This document shows positions 1 to 8,875 of a DNA stretch of 41,646 nt, piece by piece. Below the pieces are notes generated by a model. The model did no database searches. It was not told the DNA's origin and worked only from the letters and a program-made list of their open reading frames with translations. The position numbers and the translations under genes were made by a program. Source of the stretch: a bacterium (GTDB taxonomy: Bacteria > Patescibacteriota > Minisyncoccia > Minisyncoccales > UBA10102); assembly GCA_030698465.1 (NCBI GenBank), contig JAUYJZ010000014.1:1-41646 (forward strand), read 5' to 3'. The stretch's first letter is position 1, and each line of letters opens with the position of its first letter.

Positions 1-6
1 AGATTC

Positions 7-1260
7 ATGGCGAATTGGAAAATTCAAGATATTGCTCCTCCCAAAAAGTTTAAAAAACAAGTGGAGGAGCCCTTAAAAGAACCGGAACCTCAAAAACAGG
101 GTAACCGAAAGAAAACCCAACTGCCAAGATGGTTTAAAAGGGGATTCCTGCCGTTTCTTGTGTTGCTAGTATTTGTCTTTGGCACGGTACACGTTTTTTT
201 CGCTACGGCTGAGGTTGTTGTGCGACCCCAAACCAGGCAAGTAAAGCTCTTGGAGTCTGTTTCAGCTGAGGTGGGGAGACAGCGTCTAGACAAGGAGGAA
301 CTCATTCTCCCGGCCCGCACTCTGACAGTGGAGAAAAGGGCAACCCGTTTGTTTGATGCTTCCAGTACGACCATAAAGGAAGATCGGGCAAAAGGAATCA
401 TCCGTGTCTATAATGCCACCGATTCCGCAAAGACCCTGGTCGCCCAGACCCGTTTTGTGTCAGAACAGGGGATTCTGTTTCGCACTACTTCACGCATCAC
501 CATTCCAGGATCGAGCGAGGAGAGAAAACTCGTTCCTGGGTTTCTTGATGTTGAGGTGGTGGCCGCTGAACCTGGCGAGGAATACAATATAGGGGCTTCC
601 AATTTTTCCCTTCCTGGTCTTTCGGGTTCTGTCTTGTTCACGGCAATCTATGGGGTGTCCACGGCCCCCATGACCGGAGGTTCGGAGCGCGAGATATCTG
701 TTGTTTCGCAAGACGATATTGAAAAAGCAAAACAAGCGCTGATTGGAGAACTCACCATGAAAGCTGCAAATGAACTGCTCAGCCAAGTGCCAGAATACAT
801 GATAGCAACCGAGGATTCCATTGTCGTGGAGGTGAGTGAAGCATCATCCCTGGTGGAGGCCGGAGCTGAACTAGATCAGTTCAATGTAACAGTTTCCCTG
901 AATGCCGTTGCATATCTTTTCCCTCGGGCCGATGTAGATACACTGGTGGAAACCTTTCTTGCCAGCGAGCTTGGTGAAAAAGAGCGCGTTCCTAACGACA
1001 AGACGAGGATTAGCTTTCAGCAAATTACCGTGGATACAGACACCGTCACCTTACAGCTGAGCATTCAGGCTACCCTGTATCAATATACAGATCCCACAGA
1101 GTTAAAGATTAAGCTTCGAGGCAAGTCTGAAAAAGAGGCCAACGATATTCTTACTTCATATGTCGGCCTCAAAGAAGCCAAGCTCTCCCTGTGGCCCTTT
1201 TGGATCTCATCTGTCCCAGGAAACGTGGATAAGTTGAAGATTGAGGTCATTGTTGACTAA
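7..1260 (+). CDS. Membrane-anchored hypothetical protein with baseplate J-like domain (CPR-type)
   Basis: 417-aa ORF; basic N-terminus, one TM segment (FLPFLVLLVFVFGTV), motifs VVAAEPGEEYNI and MTGG resemble baseplate-J-like proteins. Confidence 0.6.
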   Translation: MANWKIQDIAPPKKFKKQVEEPLKEPEPQKQGNRKKTQLPRWFKRGFLPFLVLLVFVFGTVHVFFATAEVVVRPQTRQVKLLESVSAEVGRQRLDKEELILPARTLTVEKRATRLFDASSTTIKEDRAKGIIRVYNATDSAKTLVAQTRFVSEQGILFRTTSRITIPGSSEERKLVPGFLDVEVVAAEPGEEYNIGASNFSLPGLSGSVLFTAIYGVSTAPMTGGSEREISVVSQDDIEKAKQALIGELTMKAANELLSQVPEYMIATEDSIVVEVSEASSLVEAGAELDQFNVTVSLNAVAYLFPRADVDTLVETFLASELGEKERVPNDKTRISFQQITVDTDTVTLQLSIQATLYQYTDPTELKIKLRGKSEKEANDILTSYVGLKEAKLSLWPFWISSVPGNVDKLKIEVIVD

Positions 1261-1281
1261 ATGAATTTTCTTTGGTACACT
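1253..1281 (+). promoter_or_regulatory. Sigma70-type promoter for infA
   Basis: TTGACT-17 bp-TACACT with TG extension. Confidence 0.5.
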
Positions 1282-1300
1282 TGATACCGCGATTTCACAC

Positions 1301-1525
1301 ATGACAGATAACAAACCAGATGAACTTCTCATGCAGGGGGAAGTGCTTGAAACTCTTCCAAGTCTCAAATTTCGAGTGCGCCTTGAGGATGGAAGCTTAG
1401 TGCTGGCATATCTTGCTGGAAAATTGAGAAAGTTTAAAATCCGTATCCTGGCGGGGGACAAGGTTTCCGTTCAGATGACCCCGTATGATAAAACTCGAGG
1501 AAGGATAGTGTATCGGAACAAATAG
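1301..1525 (+). CDS. infA: Translation initiation factor IF-1
   Basis: [49 protein letters not shown]. Confidence 0.97.
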   Translation: MTDNKPDELLMQGEVLETLPSLKFRVRLEDGSLVLAYLAGKLRKFKIRILAGDKVSVQMTPYDKTRGRIVYRNK

Positions 1526-1545
1526 CGAGGTGTAGCACCGAGCTA

Positions 1546-1643
1546 CCCCGCCCTCTATGCTGTATGTTTATGGATAATTCACTGAGAGATACATCTTCTT
1601 TTGCGAGTTGTCAACATAGGTACATAGAGTTTAGAGGGCGGGG
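1546..1643. mobile_element. MITE-like CCCC...GGGG element (family 1), no gene
   Basis: Inverted repeat ACCCCGCCCTCTA (1545-1557) / TAGAGGGCGGGGT (1632-1644); flanks GCTA/TTCA are not an exact duplication. Confidence 0.55.
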
Positions 1644-1669
1644 TTCATTCGCTTCATAATATTCAGCTC

Positions 1670-1786
1670 ATGAAGGTTCAATCAACGATAAAAAAGATAT
1701 GCAAGGATTGCAAGATTGTAAAACGGGAAGGAACGCTGTATGTCATCTGCAAGAAAAACCCCAAGCATAAACAGAGGCAAGGGTAA
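1670..1786 (+). CDS. rpmJ: 50S ribosomal protein L36 (below the ORF-track size cutoff)
   Basis: Translated by hand: [38 protein letters not shown]. Confidence 0.97.
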   Translation: MKVQSTIKKICKDCKIVKREGTLYVICKKNPKHKQRQG

Positions 1787-1903
1787 AATCACAACTGCTT
1801 GTGATTTTACGGATTTGCGCGTCAAGCGTCCCCGCTTGACAATAATGCAAATCCCGGGCCTGCTTTGGAAAACCGCTGAAAGCAAATCGTTTTTCAAAGC
1901 AGG
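1783..1903 (+). repeat. Multi-hairpin element with CTGC loop (family 3)
   Basis: 12-bp stem GTAAAATCACAA-CTGC-TTGTGATTTTAC, second hairpin with CGTCCC at the loop, CCGGGC, third hairpin; related copies at 14568-14640 (-) and 40050-40124 (+). Confidence 0.6.
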
Positions 1904-1926
1904 TGCATAACACTATATAAACAATT

Positions 1927-2316
1927 ATGCCCAGATTAGCCGGAGTAGAAATCCCAGACAAAAAACAGATTAGGGTCGCCCTGACCCATATCTTTGGTAT
2001 TGGAGAAATGAGCAGTGGAAAGATTCTTCAACAAACCAAGATTAATCCACAAAAGAAAGCAGGAGAGTTAACCACGCAAGAATTGGGTGTGCTCCGGGAC
2101 ATTATTGAAAAAGGGTTTAAGATTGAAGGTGACTTGAGGCGGGAAGTCATGACAAATGTCAAGCGGCTCAAGGATATTAACTCTTGGCGTGGTCTGCGCC
2201 ACCAAAAGCGTCTCCCAGTCCGAGGACAGCGGACAAGCACGAACACCAGGACCATTCGGGGAAACGTGAGAAAAACCGTGGGATCGGGAAAGAAGCCCGC
2301 AGCTAGCCCAACATAA
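1927..2316 (+). CDS. rpsM: 30S ribosomal protein S13
   Basis: MPRLAGVEIP..ALTHIFGIG..RGLRHQKRLPVRGQRT. Confidence 0.98.
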   Translation: MPRLAGVEIPDKKQIRVALTHIFGIGEMSSGKILQQTKINPQKKAGELTTQELGVLRDIIEKGFKIEGDLRREVMTNVKRLKDINSWRGLRHQKRLPVRGQRTSTNTRTIRGNVRKTVGSGKKPAASPT

Positions 2317-2331
2317 TCAAGATGAATTAAT

Positions 2332-2763
2332 ATGGGAAAGAAACGAGTGATTACAAAAGGAGAAGCAGTTCCCAGTACAGGAGTTTCAGCCGCAAAGACG
2401 GTCTCAAAGGGGAGAACCTTTAAAGACGGCAGGGTGAATATTTATTCTTCCTATAACAACACCTTGATTTCTTTGGCCGACGGACAAGGAAATGTTGTGT
2501 TTACCACATCAGCTGGCGCAGTTGGATTTAAGGGAACAAAGAAATCAACCCCCTTTGCCGCTTCCAAGGTTGCAGAGACCCTATCTGATGTTGCGAAAGC
2601 AAGAGGAGTGGAACGCATTGCGATTATCCTGCGGGGCATTGGTCCTGGAAGGGAATCTGCCTTGCGGTCCCTGGGGACCAAAGGGTTTGAGATTCAGTCT
2701 ATTCGAGACGTTACTCCTGTTCCTCACAACGGACCCCAGTTAAAAAAAGTGAGACGCGTTTAA
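2332..2763 (+). CDS. rpsK: 30S ribosomal protein S11
   Basis: SSYNNT..GFKGTKKSTPFAA..GPGRESALR..DVTPVPHNG. Confidence 0.98.
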   Translation: MGKKRVITKGEAVPSTGVSAAKTVSKGRTFKDGRVNIYSSYNNTLISLADGQGNVVFTTSAGAVGFKGTKKSTPFAASKVAETLSDVAKARGVERIAIILRGIGPGRESALRSLGTKGFEIQSIRDVTPVPHNGPQLKKVRRV

Positions 2764-2767
2764 TGAT

Positions 2768-2863
2768 AAATTTTATTAATAAAATTTTCAGTTTCCCCCG
2801 TGTCGGAAATTATTCAAAACCGAGGGTTTTGAAAAGAGGGGGGTCGGGGGAAACTGTGTGATC
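2768..2863 (+). repeat. Palindromic dispersed repeat, family 2, copy 1
   Basis: AT hairpin + CAGTTTCCCCCGTGTCGG..TTCAAAACC-GAG-GGTTTTGAA..GGGGTCGGGGGAAACTG-TGTGATC; near-identical at 37584 and 37726. Confidence 0.85.
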
Positions 2864-2865
2864 AT

Positions 2866-3390
2866 ATGCAAAAAGGTGTAGTACGAAAACGACGCCCAAC
2901 CCCGCAGTCTGAATACGGAAGGCAACTGCAGCAAAAGCAAGATTTGAAAGCGCAGTATAATCTTAGAGAAAAGCAGATGAAGAACTATGTAAAGGAGGTA
3001 CTGGGAGGGGCCAGTCACGGAAACTCTCCAGAGTTGTTTTTACAAAAGCTTGAGAGACGTTTAGACAATGTGGTGTTCCGAGCCGGATTTGCTCCAACAC
3101 GAAAGCAAGGTCGTCAAATGGTTTCCCACGGACACTTTCTGGTGAACGGCAGGAAAGTAGATATCCCTTCTTTTGAAGTGAAACGAGGAGATATTATTTC
3201 TCCCCGTCCCTCTTCCATGGAGCGAACCCTGTTTAAAAACACTTTGCTTGGGTTGAAGAAATATGAGGCTCCTTCCTGGATTCAGCTTAACAAAGAGAAA
3301 CCAGAGATTACCATAAAGCTGCTTCCCACATTGGCGGAAGCTGCCCCCTCGGTCGAAATTCCTCTCATCTTTGAGTTTTACTCCAGATAA
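2866..3390 (+). CDS. rpsD: 30S ribosomal protein S4 (short N-terminus)
   Basis: SEYGRQLQQKQ..LERRLDNVVFRAGF..RQMVSHGHFLVNGRKVDIPSF..IFEFYSR. Confidence 0.96.
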   Translation: MQKGVVRKRRPTPQSEYGRQLQQKQDLKAQYNLREKQMKNYVKEVLGGASHGNSPELFLQKLERRLDNVVFRAGFAPTRKQGRQMVSHGHFLVNGRKVDIPSFEVKRGDIISPRPSSMERTLFKNTLLGLKKYEAPSWIQLNKEKPEITIKLLPTLAEAAPSVEIPLIFEFYSR

Positions 3391-3401
3391 TCAAAAAATA
3401 T

Positions 3402-4205
3402 ATGATTCCACTTTCAAAATCAACAAAAATAATTTCGAGCAAAGGAGACCGGGGCACTTTTGAGATTGAAGCCCTGTATCCTGGGTACGGTTACACAGTG
3501 GGCAACAGCTTACGAAGAGTCCTCCTCTCTTCTTTGGAGGGGGCCGCTGCCACGCAGGCAAAGATTAAAGGAGCTCCTCATGAGTTTTCAACACTTCCTG
3601 GCATGAAAGAAGATGTTTTGAGTCTTTTGCTTAATTTAAAGCAAATTCGCTTTCGCCTTTTTGAGCAGGGGCCCGTAACTGTAACTCTCAAGGTGAAGGG
3701 CATAAAAACAATTACCGCCGGGGATTTTAAACCCCCAAGCCAGGTAGAGATTGTGAACAAGGATTTGGTTTTAGCTCACCTAACCGACAAATCCGCGGAA
3801 TTGGAAATCGAGATTCAGGTAGGAAAAGGAGTTGGATATGAGGTGGCAGAATCCCGCAGAAGAGGAAAGGAGGAAATCGGCACTATTTCCCTGGATGCTA
3901 TTTATGGCCCTGTAAAAAAAGTGAGTTATCGGGTGGAGCAAATGCGCGTTGGAGATCGCACTGACTTTGACCGGCTTATTTTGGAAATTGAGACCGATGG
4001 CACCCTAAACCCAGAAGCTGCTTTAAAGGAAGCCTCAAGCATCTTGGTGAAACAGTTTGAGATTGCTGGAGAAGGATTAAAAACTGAGGAAGTAAAACCC
4101 GAAGAAAAGCCAAAAGTCAAGAAAAAAGTTGCCTCATCGGCGACCCGCCGAGGAGACGGGAAGCCGGCTGTAAAGAAAAAGGCAGCTGTGAAGAAAAAGA
4201 AATAG
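3402..4205 (+). CDS. rpoA: RNA polymerase alpha subunit (NTD plus Lys-rich tail)
   Basis: LYPGYGYTVGNSLRRVLLSSLEG..HEFSTLPG..RVGDRTDFDRL. Confidence 0.97.
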   Translation: MIPLSKSTKIISSKGDRGTFEIEALYPGYGYTVGNSLRRVLLSSLEGAAATQAKIKGAPHEFSTLPGMKEDVLSLLLNLKQIRFRLFEQGPVTVTLKVKGIKTITAGDFKPPSQVEIVNKDLVLAHLTDKSAELEIEIQVGKGVGYEVAESRRRGKEEIGTISLDAIYGPVKKVSYRVEQMRVGDRTDFDRLILEIETDGTLNPEAALKEASSILVKQFEIAGEGLKTEEVKPEEKPKVKKKVASSATRRGDGKPAVKKKAAVKKKK

Positions 4206-4209
4206 GTAT

Positions 4210-4557
4210 ATGAAAAAGAGGATTCGCAAACGAACGTTTTCAAGAAAGGCAGGGCCCAGAAAGGCGCTGTTTAAGAGTCTTTTACGTTCGTTACTGCAAA
4301 AAGAGAAGATTGAGACAACCTTAGCCAAGGCAAAAGAACTCTCCCCGGCCGCTGACAAGCTCGTGACCAAGGCCAAAGGAGGAGGTATTGCAGCGCAAAG
4401 ACAACTGGCCGCAATCCTAGGGGTGGACTCTGCAAGGAAGCTTATAGGAGAGGTTGTTCCTCGATACCTGGAAAGGAAAGGTGGTTATACCCGTATCACA
4501 AAATTGAGACCTCGGAAATCAGACAGCGCAAAGCGTGCAATTATTGAATTTGTATGA
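4210..4557 (+). CDS. rplQ: 50S ribosomal protein L17
   Basis: IETTLAKAKEL..RKGGYTRITKL..R.SDSA..AIIEFV; follows rpoA. Confidence 0.96.
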   Translation: MKKRIRKRTFSRKAGPRKALFKSLLRSLLQKEKIETTLAKAKELSPAADKLVTKAKGGGIAAQRQLAAILGVDSARKLIGEVVPRYLERKGGYTRITKLRPRKSDSAKRAIIEFV

Positions 4558-4910
4558 ATAAAGAACGAGAAAGCCATATCGTAAATGCACAAGGACGCCC
4601 TCTAGGTCGTTTGGCAGTTGAAATAGCAGATCTTTTGCGCGGCAAGCGAAAGGGGGACTTTGCTCCGCACAAAGACGTGGGGGATTTTGTGACCGTTCAG
4701 AATTTTAAGAAAGTGCGTTTTACCGGACAAAAGGCTCTCCAAAAGCAGTATTTTCGTCATTCCGGATACTTAGGGAACCTGCATACGGCAACACTTGGAG
4801 AGCTATTTGAAAAACAGCCCCAGGAGGTGCTTAGAAAAGCCGTATGGGGAATGCTTCCAACAAATAAGCTCAGGCCTCGGCAAATAAAGCGATTGAAGGT
4901 TGAGCTCTAA
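4554..4910 (+). CDS. rplM: 50S ribosomal protein L13
   Basis: LGRLAVEIADLLRGK..PHKDVGDFV..YFRHSGYLG..AVWGMLP. Confidence 0.96.
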   Translation: MNKERESHIVNAQGRPLGRLAVEIADLLRGKRKGDFAPHKDVGDFVTVQNFKKVRFTGQKALQKQYFRHSGYLGNLHTATLGELFEKQPQEVLRKAVWGMLPTNKLRPRQIKRLKVEL

Positions 4911-4915
4911 AAAAA

Positions 4916-5371
4916 ATGGCAACAAAGAAACCCACAAAAACAAAAAAGGTGACACCAAAGCAAGCTCTGAAAAAGGAAGAAGGACGCTATTGGGCCGCCA
5001 CCGGAAGAAGGAAGACGGCCGTGGCAAGAGTGCGGATTGCAGTTGGGAAGAAGAGTGATTTTATTGTAAACCGAAAACCCTTTGATGAGTATTTTCAGGA
5101 TCCTGAATATCGCATCATTGCAAAGGAAGCTTTAGAAAAGGCGGCCCTTGGGAAAAACTTTGAGGTCAGCATTTTGGTCCGTGGTGGCGGGATGCGAGCT
5201 CAAGCTGAAGCTACGCGTCATGCATTAGCCCGTGCCTTGGTGGAATGGGATAGCTCTATACGAGAGCAGATGAAGACCCTTAAGTTCTTAACCCGAGATC
5301 CTAGGATGAGAGAGCGAAAGAAATTTGGATTAAAGAGAGCCAGAAGGGCCAGACAATGGAGAAAGCGTTAG
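4916..5371 (+). CDS. rpsI: 30S ribosomal protein S9
   Basis: TGRRKTAVARV..GGG..QAEATRHALARAL..LTRDPRMRERKKFGL. Confidence 0.98.
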   Translation: MATKKPTKTKKVTPKQALKKEEGRYWAATGRRKTAVARVRIAVGKKSDFIVNRKPFDEYFQDPEYRIIAKEALEKAALGKNFEVSILVRGGGMRAQAEATRHALARALVEWDSSIREQMKTLKFLTRDPRMRERKKFGLKRARRARQWRKR

Positions 5372-5377
5372 CCCTTC

Positions 5378-6769
5378 CTATCTTAGCCGTTCTGAAACCG
5401 AGAAGGCACCCCCTGACAAGACATAGAGGGTGCCTTTTTCGTTATCAAAATAGAGTTTTGGGCTTGAGAATTCAGCAATGTCTGCAATGTTGAGCCGGTC
5501 TCGATTGTCAATTTCGCTTACTCGTATGTTACCTCCTAAAGAAAACAGGAGGTAGTTAGAACCAACCCACAAGAGCTCATCAATGGGCATTGAGAATCGG
5601 GTAAGGAGGATAAGGTCGCTTGCCTGGCGCTGAGGTTGCTCTGTTTCTTCCTTTAAAAATAGTACCCAGAGTTCCGACTGATTTTTAATTGCAACCCTGG
5701 TTCCGCCTGAAGCCACCTTTATTTCAGAAACTGGGGAAAGAATTTCTCGCCGGATTGATGAACCGCGCTCATGCAGGAAAAGCGAGGCATCTTCTTTAAG
5801 AAGAATTGAGTCACCAGCGATAAAGAGAACGTAAGAAGATTCGCCCTTGGGCACAAAAAGCGATGCCTGAAACTTTTGAGCCTCGCTTTTTGAAGTAAGA
5901 TCCTGCTGCCATAGGTTGCCGTCATTGGCCAGCCAGGTGACGGAGTTGCCATGGGTGATAAAGCTCAACACATTGTTTGCAATGGGCAAGGCAGCTTCTT
6001 TCTTGAGATATTCTGCAGAAAAGAGCACCTGGGTTTCGTTGAGGAATTTGGTAAAGAGCACTTGCCCTGAGGCCGCAGGAGAAAATTGGATATTCTCAAT
6101 GTTTTGCCCGAGATATTCCAAGCTGCAGGGTTCTTTTGAACAGGGTTGACTGGAAGTAATATCATGGACCTCGCGAATAATCAGTCCTGTTCTTTCACGC
6201 TCTATCAGGAAATGTTTGGAGTCTTGGGCCCAGGAAACATTGAGAATTTCATCTTTTGATTGTTCCACCAGAGGCTCTTTTCCCAAGGTTTGTAGGTTCA
6301 AGAGAGTAAGTTCCCAGGGCAAGCCGTCTTTTTGCTCTAAAAGTAGGGCGTATCGTTGGTCAGGAGAAATCCAAAAGTCCACAATTGCGTCTGCGAGTTG
6401 CTGGAACATGGTTTCCTTTTTGAATAAAAGCACATACTTTGCTTCCTCAACCTGACGTTCTTTTACCTCAAGGATTTTTTGCCAAGAGTGGTATCCTTCC
6501 TTTGCAATTTCCACAAAGTAGTTGCCAGGGAAAAAGTTTTTTGTGAGAGCGGAACCAAAGAGAAAATCAGTCCTTTTTACGAGGTTCTCATCAATGAGAA
6601 TATCTGCTCTTGTGGGGACGACTTTAAAGTAGAAAGCACCTGTTTGAGTGATTCGCATTGCCTTAAAATCAATTCGATAGCCCTGAGAATACAATGCAAA
6701 AGAAGGGGCTAATACAAAAAAAAGGCTAAGAAGTAAAAAAAACAATAAAGTTCGTTGGCGTCTGGTCAT
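5378..6769 (-). CDS. Membrane-anchored PEGA-like / beta-propeller hypothetical protein
   Basis: N-terminal TM helix, YSQGYRIDF..QTG, PGNYFVEIAKEGYHSWQK (PEGA-like), WISPD/FSP repeats. Confidence 0.65.
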   Translation of the reverse strand: MTRRQRTLLFFLLLSLFFVLAPSFALYSQGYRIDFKAMRITQTGAFYFKVVPTRADILIDENLVKRTDFLFGSALTKNFFPGNYFVEIAKEGYHSWQKILEVKERQVEEAKYVLLFKKETMFQQLADAIVDFWISPDQRYALLLEQKDGLPWELTLLNLQTLGKEPLVEQSKDEILNVSWAQDSKHFLIERERTGLIIREVHDITSSQPCSKEPCSLEYLGQNIENIQFSPAASGQVLFTKFLNETQVLFSAEYLKKEAALPIANNVLSFITHGNSVTWLANDGNLWQQDLTSKSEAQKFQASLFVPKGESSYVLFIAGDSILLKEDASLFLHERGSSIRREILSPVSEIKVASGGTRVAIKNQSELWVLFLKEETEQPQRQASDLILLTRFSMPIDELLWVGSNYLLFSLGGNIRVSEIDNRDRLNIADIAEFSSPKLYFDNEKGTLYVLSGGAFSVSERLR

Positions 6770-6790
6770 ACTTGTTGAGTATACGCCAGT

Positions 6791-6819
6791 TTGACAAAAT
6801 AGGAAAGATAGGGTATTGT
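6791..6819 (+). promoter_or_regulatory. Sigma70-type promoter for the NUDIX gene
   Basis: TTGACA-17 bp-TATTGT. Confidence 0.5.
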
Positions 6820-6858
6820 TTCACATACAAACTTTTAGAGTTAGAGAAGGAGGATGAA

Positions 6859-7404
6859 GTGCATCATACAGGGTTGTTTACGGTTGGAGTCTTTGGGCTG
6901 ATTTTTCGACAGGAAGACGGTAAACTTCTCCTAAAAAGAAGACCTCCAAGTATCTCGCAGCCTGGGAACTGGGATCTTCCAGGAGGAGGTATCTCTCCGA
7001 CACTTTCTGGAGAACTTCCAGGCTTTGGAGAAGATTACTTTTTGGCGGAGTGCATCCGCGAGGTAAGAGAAGAAACAGGGCTCGAGGTTATTAATCTTGT
7101 TCTGCGTTCTAGGGTGAGGATATATGTAGTACTCAGTACGAATGAGCAAGATCCTCGTCACATTGGTGATATTGCCCTCGCCATTCCCATGAGAATTCCT
7201 GTCGGGGCTTCTGACGAACCCCAGGACTGCGAATTCCAATGGGTTTCTCCCGATGATCTTCAGGTGCTTGCACAACGGGAAAATGGGAACAGATTGGTTG
7301 GAGGGGTGGGAGGCCGCCACTGGAGGATGTGCGTGGAGGGATTTAGAGAGTACTCCTCGAACGGGGGTTTCCGAGGCCAAACCTCAACTTTTGATCTCGC
7401 CTAG
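6859..7404 (+). CDS. NUDIX hydrolase
   Basis: WDLPGGG..(insert)..CIREVREETGL Nudix box; GTG start at 6859 preceded by AGGAGG. Confidence 0.85.
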   Translation: MHHTGLFTVGVFGLIFRQEDGKLLLKRRPPSISQPGNWDLPGGGISPTLSGELPGFGEDYFLAECIREVREETGLEVINLVLRSRVRIYVVLSTNEQDPRHIGDIALAIPMRIPVGASDEPQDCEFQWVSPDDLQVLAQRENGNRLVGGVGGRHWRMCVEGFREYSSNGGFRGQTSTFDLA

Positions 7405-7414
7405 TTCTTTTCGT

Positions 7415-7460
7415 AGGCGCCTTTCTTCTCTTTTAAGAGGGGACTGGCGCCTTTTTCTTT
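7415..7460 (+). terminator. Probable intrinsic terminator
   Basis: AGGCGCC..GGCGCCT stem followed by T-run. Confidence 0.55.
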
Positions 7461-7493
7461 TATTGCAAAACAAGAGGATTTCAGCTAGAATAC

Positions 7494-7586
7494 GATCACA
7501 CGGTTCCTCCCGACCCCACTCTTTTAGAACCTTGCGGTTCTAATATTTCCACCACGGGAAGAACCGAAATTTTGTAAACAAAATTT
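7494..7586 (-). repeat. Palindromic dispersed repeat, family 2, diverged copy
   Basis: Reverse complement reads AAATTTTGTTTACAAAATTT-CGGTTCTTCCCGTGGTGGAAATA-TTAGAACC-GCAA-GGTTCTAA-AAGAGTGGGGTCGGGAGGAACCG-TGTGATC; same layout with compensatory changes. Confidence 0.8.
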
Positions 7587-7596
7587 GGAAGACCAT

Positions 7597-8874
7597 ATGG
7601 AGAAATTTGTTATCCGTGGAGGAAATCGCTTGGAAGGTGAAATTGATGTGAGAGGGGCAAAAAATGCCGCCTTTCCCATTTTGGCCGCCACCATTCTTAC
7701 CAATAAGGACTGCGTTATTCGCAACCTCCCTTTAATTGAGGATGTGTTTCGTATGCTTGAGATATTAGAGAGTATGGAGGCTAAAGTGGAGTGGATAGGT
7801 AAAAGAGCGGTGCGCATAAACACGCGCAAACTGAATCCAAGTACTGTGAACAAAGAAGCCATTTTGAGGTTCCGTGGTTCGGTCCTCTTGTATGGTCCCT
7901 TGCTTGCCAGGTTTGGCGCAGTACGCCTTCCTTTGCCTGGAGGAGACATTATTGGAGCCCGTCCCATTGATACCCATCTGGATGCATTCTCACAGCTCGG
8001 GATTGTGATAAAACCATGGCGCCAAGGATATGAACTACGCTTTTCTGGGAAAGTGAAAAACAAGATTATTGTATTAAACGAATTCTCGGTCACGGGAACT
8101 GAAAACCTTTTACTGTTTTGTGCTGCTTTAGGAGAGCGTGTCGTGGTGAAGATTGCAGACATGGATTACCAAGTGCAGGAATTAATTCACGTGCTCCAAA
8201 AGATGGGCTCCTGGGTGAGGGTTTCGGGCCTTCATGAGATAACCATACAGGGAACAAAACAACTTAAGGGATTTTCCCACACCATTATCCCGGACCCCAT
8301 TGAGGCAGGCACTTTTATTGCTCTTGCCATTGGAACCAAAGGGAAGGTATTGGTGAAAAATGTCCCTTTGCGATTCATGACATTCTTTTTAAAGAAGCTG
8401 CGTGATTTTGGGGCAAAGATTGAGATTACAAATGAGAAAGGAGGCATTGGAACCGTTATGGTTTCTCCTGCGGGCAAGCTTGTGATAGATAAGATACAGA
8501 GTTTGATTTATCCGGGCATTCCATCAGATCTACAATCGGTCTTGGGTGTGCTGGCAACCCAGAGCAAGGGCTCTACGCTCTTGCATGACCCTTTGTACGA
8601 AGGCAGGTTAAAGTATTTGGAAGAGTTAAACAAGATGGGAGCTGAAATCTACTTTACCGATCCCCACCGAGCAATCATTAACGGCCCCACCACCCTAAGG
8701 GGAACCAATCTTGGCACGTTTGACCTCAGGGGAGGTGCGGCCCTTATTCTGGCTGCTTTAATGGCAGAAGGAAAAAGCACGATTACTAACATCTACCAGG
8801 TGGACAGAGGATATGAGAGAATAGAAGAGCGTCTGCAAAAACTTGGAGCTGATATTACACGTGTTGTCAACTAA
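7597..8874 (+). CDS. murA: UDP-N-acetylglucosamine 1-carboxyvinyltransferase
   Basis: GAKNAAFPILAA..LPGGDIIGARPIDTH..DPIEAGTF..DLRGGAAL..DRGYE. Confidence 0.97.
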   Translation: MEKFVIRGGNRLEGEIDVRGAKNAAFPILAATILTNKDCVIRNLPLIEDVFRMLEILESMEAKVEWIGKRAVRINTRKLNPSTVNKEAILRFRGSVLLYGPLLARFGAVRLPLPGGDIIGARPIDTHLDAFSQLGIVIKPWRQGYELRFSGKVKNKIIVLNEFSVTGTENLLLFCAALGERVVVKIADMDYQVQELIHVLQKMGSWVRVSGLHEITIQGTKQLKGFSHTIIPDPIEAGTFIALAIGTKGKVLVKNVPLRFMTFFLKKLRDFGAKIEITNEKGGIGTVMVSPAGKLVIDKIQSLIYPGIPSDLQSVLGVLATQSKGSTLLHDPLYEGRLKYLEELNKMGAEIYFTDPHRAIINGPTTLRGTNLGTFDLRGGAALILAALMAEGKSTITNIYQVDRGYERIEERLQKLGADITRVVN

Positions 8875-8875
8875 C

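Noticed and set aside
7..1260. Prophage suggested by the baseplate-J-like domain
   Set aside because: No other phage genes; the protein is membrane-anchored and flanked by core genes
7524..8162. 212-aa antisense ORF
   Set aside because: Shadow of murA
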